A stretch of DNA of 64,000 nucleotides, taken from assembly GCA_031409275.1 (NCBI GenBank), contig JANNXA010000014.1, positions 287,411-351,410 on the forward strand, given 5' to 3'. Below are positions 58,707-64,000 of this stretch, piece by piece (position 1 is the first letter of the stretch; each line of letters opens with the position of its first letter). The translations under genes were made by a program, and so were the position numbers. A model generated the notes under the pieces. The model had not been told where the DNA came from and did no database searches. It saw only the letters and a program-made list of their open reading frames with translations. This DNA comes from Planctomycetota bacterium (GTDB taxonomy: Bacteria; Planctomycetota; B15-G4; SIAN01).

Positions 58707-59391
58707 AGCGACACCGCGCCGCCAGAGCGGCCAGACGCTCATCGAGACGGCGATCGCGCTGACGCTCACCGCGATGATCATCGGGATCAGCTTGCGCAGC
58801 GCGTTTACGCCGGAGACGGGAACGGAGATCGTCCGCTCCAACCTGCGCTTGCGCGGAGAGGTCATCACCGAGCGCGTGGCGAAGGAACTCGAGTTCGCCG
58901 CACTCGACCTGCCGACCGGGAACGGAACCTCGCTCGCCTATCAGCAGCCGGTCGACACCGACGGCGACGGTTCGCTGCTCGATGCCAACGGGCAGCCGCA
59001 ATGGGGCGGGCGAGTCGCAGGCGTCGCCACGGCGGGCGCGCGCACCACGGTGCGCTACATCCTCGATCGAACGGTCGACGAGGCGCTGCTCGCCGCCGAC
59101 ATCAATCGCGACGGCGACCGCCTCGATCGATTCGACTTCGGCCGCCTCGAGCGCGTGGAGCCCGACGGGAGCGTGGCTGCGCTGCTCGGCGCATGGGCCG
59201 TGATGCCCAACGGCAACTGGGGCGGCGACATCGACGGCGATGGCACCGCCGATCCCCTGTTCGCCATCGACGACAGCGGGACGCTGCGCCGTGCCCGCGT
59301 CGACCTTTCCCTCGCGGTTCCGACCGGCGGCGGCAGCTGGGTACTGCAGCGTTCGCGGCGTGAAGTGGTGTGCGTCAACGATCGACCTTGA
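58696..59391 (+). CDS. Prepilin-like protein (PilW/GspJ-like)
   Basis: RRQSG|QTLIETAIALTL; GTG start overlapping the previous gene. Confidence 0.7.
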   Translation: MRAEATPRRQSGQTLIETAIALTLTAMIIGISLRSAFTPETGTEIVRSNLRLRGEVITERVAKELEFAALDLPTGNGTSLAYQQPVDTDGDGSLLDANGQPQWGGRVAGVATAGARTTVRYILDRTVDEALLAADINRDGDRLDRFDFGRLERVEPDGSVAALLGAWAVMPNGNWGGDIDGDGTADPLFAIDDSGTLRRARVDLSLAVPTGGGSWVLQRSRREVVCVNDRP

Positions 59392-59449
59392 ACGCGGCGC
59401 CGCGCGGCCAGGTGCCGCCGGCTCCGCCCTCGACAGTGGAGTGCTTGTG

Positions 59450-61585
59450 ATGCTGACCAATCGATCCGAACGCCGCGCGCTGCGTGCACGCGCCCGGACT
59501 CGCGGCCGCCGCGGCATGGCGCTCGTCACCGTCTTGTCGCTGCTGACGGCAACCGCGGGAGTCACCTACCTCTGCCTCTCGTCGTCGATGACCGCCCTCG
59601 ATCGCACGACCGAGCGCATCGAGACTTCGCGCCTCGAGTCGATCGCGGCGTCCGCGGCCGACCTCGCCGCCGCGAACTTGTGGAATGGCTTCGTCACGGC
59701 GAACGGCGGCACCCCCGGCAACCTCACCGAGTTCCGCAACTACCTCGCGCAGGCGAACAACGCCTTCGGGGCGGTCGTTCCGGCGGCAGGCGCTCCGCTC
59801 GACGTGCGCACCGGCCTGCGCCTTCCGCTCGGCAGCGACGGCCTCCCGCGACTCGGTGGTCTCGCCGTCGCGGCCCTCTCGGTCCAGCGCACCGACACCA
59901 CGACTCGCACCGACCTCGAGATCGTCGCCACGGTCGAGACCGGTAACGGCGCCGGCGCGGCGACGCGCACCATGCGCCAGTTGGTCAGCATCAGCGGCGC
60001 GCCCTTCGACGGCTTCGCCTACGGACTGCTGTCGAACAACGTGAACTGCATCTTCTGTCACGCGCGCTTCGACAACGTCGATCGCTACTACAACACCGAC
60101 CCGACCAAGTTCAACAGCTTCGATCGCATCCGCGTCGGCACGCTCGAATCGATGCTGGTGCGCGTGGGCAGCGCGGAGTCGCAGCTCGCCGGCACGCTCT
60201 ACGTGCGCGGCAAGGTCACCGACAAGCAGGGCAATCCGCTCGGGGATCTGCACGGCTCGACGGTGACCGGCAACGACTTCGACAGCGTCGGCAAGCTGCT
60301 GCAGGACAGCAGCGGCAACATGAGCCAGATCGAGCTCTACGCCGGTTCGGCGGTGCCCTACCAGCATCTCTACATGAACTATCCGATCGACGAGAGCCTG
60401 CAGGTCGATGGCGCGCTGCCAGCGGCGTTCCCGCCGCCGGTGCCCGACCTCGACGGCGACAAGCGCGTCGACCCCGACGAGTTCACCGCGGTGGCGAGCA
60501 GCGCCTCGGGCACGCTCTCCGCCGGTGTCATCTACGGCGTCGATCCGGCGTCGACCTACTCCGGCGCGTTGCCCAACAGCGGCAACCTCTCGTCGGTGAG
60601 CGGCACGACGAACAAGCGCCTCATCCTGCGCGGCACCGATGCCAATCCGCTGCAGATCGACGGCACGGTGGCGATCGATGGTGACGTGGTGATCGAAGGC
60701 GTCGTCAAGGGCGACGGCGTGCTGCTCGCGTCGGGCAACGTCTACGTGCTCGGCAGCCTGACCTACGCGGACGGCGTCGACGCCAATGGCGCGCGCACCT
60801 TCGGGCGCGCCACCGACGGCACCAAGAACGCGCTCGCCGTCGCGGCCGGTGGCAACATCCTGGTGGGCAACTACTTGACCGATGCCGACGGAGCGATGGT
60901 GGCGGGCGACGGCACCGGCGCGTTCAACTTCACGATGTCGGAGCTGATGATCTTCAACCGCATGGAGTGGTCGCGTACGCAGGTGCAGCTGCCCAACAAG
61001 TACGGCGTGCTGAAGGACAACCCGCTCTATCAACCCGGCTACCTGCCGCGCTACTACGTCCACGGCAGCGGCGACCCGGTCCTCGTCTTCAACAAGCAGG
61101 GCAAGAAGTCGACCAAGGACCACTACTTCAGCGTCTCGAATCAGACGTGGATGGGCAAGGAGCACCTCGGCAGCTACGACCTGAACTACCTGACCAAGTA
61201 CCTGCCTGGCTCTTCGACCTACGACGGCGCCACCATCGTGACCCTCGGTCCGAACGCGAGCTGGATCTCGGAGTCGACGCTGAGCAGCTTCTGCACGCAG
61301 GTGGACGCCGCGCACGCGGGCGGACCGCTCGAGATCGACAGCCTGCTCTACACCAACAACTCGACCTTCGCGCTGGTGCGCAACGACTCGGTGTACGGTG
61401 GCCAGATGGTGCTGAACGGCTGCCTCGTCGCCGCCGACACCGGCATCCTGGTGCCCGGCAACGCGACGCTCGGGCTCCAGCTCAACTACGACGCACGACT
61501 CGCGTCGAAGCTGAACCTGACGGACATCACCGGGCCGACGACGATGACGCGCAGCCTGCTGCTGCCGGTCACCGGCCATCCATAG
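59450..61585 (+). CDS. Large PilX/GspK-like minor pilin with a long C-terminal beta-rich domain
   Basis: RRG|MALVTVLSLL (no Glu at +5); C-terminal LNYDARL; strong codon bias. Confidence 0.72.
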   Translation: MLTNRSERRALRARARTRGRRGMALVTVLSLLTATAGVTYLCLSSSMTALDRTTERIETSRLESIAASAADLAAANLWNGFVTANGGTPGNLTEFRNYLAQANNAFGAVVPAAGAPLDVRTGLRLPLGSDGLPRLGGLAVAALSVQRTDTTTRTDLEIVATVETGNGAGAATRTMRQLVSISGAPFDGFAYGLLSNNVNCIFCHARFDNVDRYYNTDPTKFNSFDRIRVGTLESMLVRVGSAESQLAGTLYVRGKVTDKQGNPLGDLHGSTVTGNDFDSVGKLLQDSSGNMSQIELYAGSAVPYQHLYMNYPIDESLQVDGALPAAFPPPVPDLDGDKRVDPDEFTAVASSASGTLSAGVIYGVDPASTYSGALPNSGNLSSVSGTTNKRLILRGTDANPLQIDGTVAIDGDVVIEGVVKGDGVLLASGNVYVLGSLTYADGVDANGARTFGRATDGTKNALAVAAGGNILVGNYLTDADGAMVAGDGTGAFNFTMSELMIFNRMEWSRTQVQLPNKYGVLKDNPLYQPGYLPRYYVHGSGDPVLVFNKQGKKSTKDHYFSVSNQTWMGKEHLGSYDLNYLTKYLPGSSTYDGATIVTLGPNASWISESTLSSFCTQVDAAHAGGPLEIDSLLYTNNSTFALVRNDSVYGGQMVLNGCLVAADTGILVPGNATLGLQLNYDARLASKLNLTDITGPTTMTRSLLLPVTGHP

Positions 61586-61613
61586 CGCCGCGTCGTCGCG
61601 CTCCTGAACGCAA

Positions 61614-61650
61614 GCGGCCCGCCGCGCGAACGAATCGCACGGCGGGCCGC
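61614..61650. terminator. Hairpin between convergent genes, probable terminator
   Basis: GCGGCCCGCCG-c-GCGA acgaa TCGC-a-CGGCGGGCCGC; fully paired on the minus strand through one G-U pair. Confidence 0.6.
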
Positions 61651-61671
61651 CATTCGTTTCAGTGTCGAAGC

Positions 61672-63435
61672 TCAGCGCCGTCGGCGCGCCTGCCAGCGTC
61701 CGCGCGACGGGCGACTCGCGCCACCGCCGCCCGCCCCACCGCCACCGCTGTGCGAGCCGCCGTGGCTCGAGCCACCGCCGTGCGTGCCGCCGTGGCTCGA
61801 CCCGCCGCCATGCGAACCGCCGTGGCCACGGGCGCCGGGGCCGCTGCGCGGCGCTTGCGAGCCGCGCGGAGCGAACGGTCCGCGCGAACCGTCGTGTCGC
61901 GGACCGTCGTGTCGCGGCGGTTCCTGCCGCGGCATCGCATCGAAATTCGGCGTGTGCTGGCCGCGCGGGCGGCGGCCATTGCGCGCCGCCGCATCGGGGC
62001 GCGGCGAGTCGCCGGCCGGAAGCGGCGCACGAGTGTCATCGCCGCGGAAGAAGCGTGCCTGCTCCTGCAGCGCCGGCCGCTCGACTTCGCGAGTTGGCGG
62101 TCGCTGACCCGGCCGCGGCACGCCGATGCGCGGGCGGATCGGAGCCGGCGCGGCGTCGTCATGGCGCGCTGGCGCGAGCGGCCGAGGGCGCGCGCCCTCG
62201 AACGCCGGAATCTGCGCTTTCGTCGCGACCGGCACGGAGTGGCGCATCATCTTCTCGATGTCGACCAGCAGCGACCGCTCCTCGCGATCGCACAGCGAGA
62301 TGGCGATGCCGCTCGCACCCGCACGCGCCGTGCGCCCGATGCGATGGACGTAGGTCTCGGGGACGTTGGGCAGCTCGAAGTTGATCACGTGCGAGATGCC
62401 CTGCACGTCGATGCCGCGGGCGGCGATGTCGGTCGCGACCAGGATGCGGATGTGCCCCGAGCGGAAGTCGGCGAGCGTCCGTTCGCGCACGCCCTGCGAC
62501 TTGTTGCCGTGGATCGCGGCGGCGCCGATGCCGGAATGGGAGAGCCCCTTCGCGACCTTGTCGGCGCCGTGCTTGGTACGCGTGAAGACCAGCGCGCGCT
62601 CGACGGCGGGATCGGACAGCAGCGCCGCGAGCAGGCGCGGCTTGTCGGCACGATCGACGAAGTGGACCCGCTGGTCGATGGCATCGACCGTCGATCCAGG
62701 CGGAGCGACGCGCACCTGCGCGGGATCGCGCATGATCCCCTTGGCCAGCGCGAGGATCGGCGCCGGCATCGTCGCGGAAAAGAGCAACGTCTGGCGAATC
62801 GTCGGCAGCGCCGACAGGATGCGTCGCACGTCCGGCAGGAAGCCGAGGTCGAGCATGTGGTCCGCTTCGTCGAGCACGACCACCTCGATGCCGCCGAGGC
62901 GCGCGTGGCCCTGATTCATCAAGTCGACGAGGCGACCGGGCGTCGCGACGATGACTTCGACGCCACGCCGAAGCGCGCGCACCTGATGGATCTGGCTCAC
63001 GCCGCCGTAGATCGAGGCGACGCCGATGCGCAGGTGGCGGCCGTAGGTCGTGAAGCTCTCGGTCACTTGACCGGCGAGTTCACGCGTCGGCACCAGCACC
63101 AGCGCGCGCGGGCCGGGAACGGCGCCGCGCGTCGTGGCCGCTCGCTGCGAGAGGCGTTGCAGGATCGGCACCGCGAAGGCAGCGGTCTTGCCGGTGCCGG
63201 TCTTCGCGCAACCCAGCAGATCGCGTCCAGCGAGGAGGTAGGGGATCGCCTGCGCCTGGATGGGCGTGGGCGTTTCGTAGCCAGCGTCGCGAATCGCCGC
63301 TTGCAATGCGGGATCGAGCGCAAGCTCGGCGAAGGAGGTGGCTGGGTTGGCCGCGTGCGCGGCGTGGTCCGCATGGTCAGCGTGCGGATGCTTCGAGGGA
63401 TGGGGACGAGCAGACGGGACATTCGGATGCGACAA
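61672..63435 (-). CDS. DEAD-box RNA helicase (RhlE-like) with a disordered C-terminal tail
   Basis: Q motif, AKTGTGKT, PTRELA, TPGRL, DEAD, SAT, ARGID, HRIGRTAR. TTG start uncertain. Confidence 0.95.
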   Translation of the reverse strand: MSHPNVPSARPHPSKHPHADHADHAAHAANPATSFAELALDPALQAAIRDAGYETPTPIQAQAIPYLLAGRDLLGCAKTGTGKTAAFAVPILQRLSQRAATTRGAVPGPRALVLVPTRELAGQVTESFTTYGRHLRIGVASIYGGVSQIHQVRALRRGVEVIVATPGRLVDLMNQGHARLGGIEVVVLDEADHMLDLGFLPDVRRILSALPTIRQTLLFSATMPAPILALAKGIMRDPAQVRVAPPGSTVDAIDQRVHFVDRADKPRLLAALLSDPAVERALVFTRTKHGADKVAKGLSHSGIGAAAIHGNKSQGVRERTLADFRSGHIRILVATDIAARGIDVQGISHVINFELPNVPETYVHRIGRTARAGASGIAISLCDREERSLLVDIEKMMRHSVPVATKAQIPAFEGARPRPLAPARHDDAAPAPIRPRIGVPRPGQRPPTREVERPALQEQARFFRGDDTRAPLPAGDSPRPDAAARNGRRPRGQHTPNFDAMPRQEPPRHDGPRHDGSRGPFAPRGSQAPRSGPGARGHGGSHGGGSSHGGTHGGGSSHGGSHSGGGGAGGGGASRPSRGRWQARRRR

Positions 63436-63648
63436 GTCGAGTTCTTCCGGGCTCTAACACGGACCAAGGACGCCAAGGCGGAACTTCGTGCGAGCCGGCA
63501 GGAAGACGCGCTGCAGCTCTTCTGCGGAGCCGCTCGACGCTTGGAAGGAGGGCGCAGGTTAGCGACTGACGCCCGTTTGCGCGCGGGGGCGTTTGCAGGG
63601 CAGCGGCTCTGAAGCAGTCGTTTCCCTCGGTTTCGGCCCACGTCGGGA

Positions 63649-64000
63649 TTAGGGATAGGGGAATGCCGGGGGGGCGAACGGCTTGACGGTGCGGCGCACC
63701 ACTCCCACAATCGCGCGCCGAAGGAAGAAGGCACCGGGAAACCGCGCGCGGTCGCTTGCGCGTGGTCGGGGCTCCGGATGAGTCAAAGGGGGAATCGCGA
63801 CGGCTCGCGAAAGCGCCGCGCGCCGCCGCCGACAAGCGGCACGGCGCCGGCGTGGGGCCACGCCCGCGCCCCGGAACGCCACCAGGCCGAGCGGGAGGGT
63901 GTAGTGGTCCGGGCTTTGGAGCAGGATCAACGGCCAGAAGAACCCGTTCCAGGTCCCCTGGAACGTGAGAATCGCCACAGCCGAGAGGGCCGGTCCGGCG
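63649..64000 (-). CDS. Carbohydrate ABC transporter permease (MalG-like), 3' part only and apparently broken near 63870
   Basis: AGPALSAVAILTFQGTWNGFFWPLILL...TLPLGL, then Arg-rich non-homologous sequence instead of the last TM helix. Confidence 0.6.
   Translation of the reverse strand, partial: AGPALSAVAILTFQGTWNGFFWPLILLQSPDHYTLPLGLVAFRGAGVAPRRRRAACRRRRAALSRAVAIPPLTHPEPRPRASDRARFPGAFFLRRAIVGVVRRTVKPFAPPAFPYP

Noticed and set aside
28647..63612. Other very long track ORFs (28647..31514 +, 41303..44494 -, 48918..51725 +, 51756..54167 +, 59375..61579 -, 60967..63612 +)
   Set aside because: Stop-poor shadow frames opposite motif-bearing genes, as expected in high-GC DNA

Overview
Very GC-rich (roughly 70% by eye) bacterial DNA with about 42 real CDSs; most long ORFs in the track are antisense or shadow frames. 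Several gene families suggest a Planctomycetota/PVC organism (inference): CRTAC1/ASPIC-UnbV, PVC-type heme CxxCH dehydrogenase, DUF1570-like, ThuA-like and aryl-sulfotransferase. Housekeeping genes include dapA, rsmD, PMI, rluB, lgt, cls, nnrE and a DEAD-box helicase. Accessory modules include a kinase-TPR-GAF-sigma54 activator, an ECF sigma/zinc anti-sigma/RseB-like module, an HDOD-GGDEF protein, a 3xSPFH + P1B-ATPase operon, egtB, a GH78 enzyme, a clostripain-family peptidase, a PEP-hydrolase/Tm-1-like pair and a minor-pilin trio. Top finding: the minus-strand ORFs 8385..10211 and 6780..8330 lie in one frame and are separated only by a single UGA (8385-8387). A bacterial-SECIS-like hairpin follows that UGA immediately. 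This is a candidate secreted 1143-aa FG-GAP/ASPIC-UnbV/thioredoxin/TPR selenoprotein (U609), lying just downstream of an ECF module that carries two matching GGAAC-N19-GTC promoter motifs. Two structured MITE-like elements abut stop codons. No rRNA, tRNA, CRISPR array or transposase was seen.
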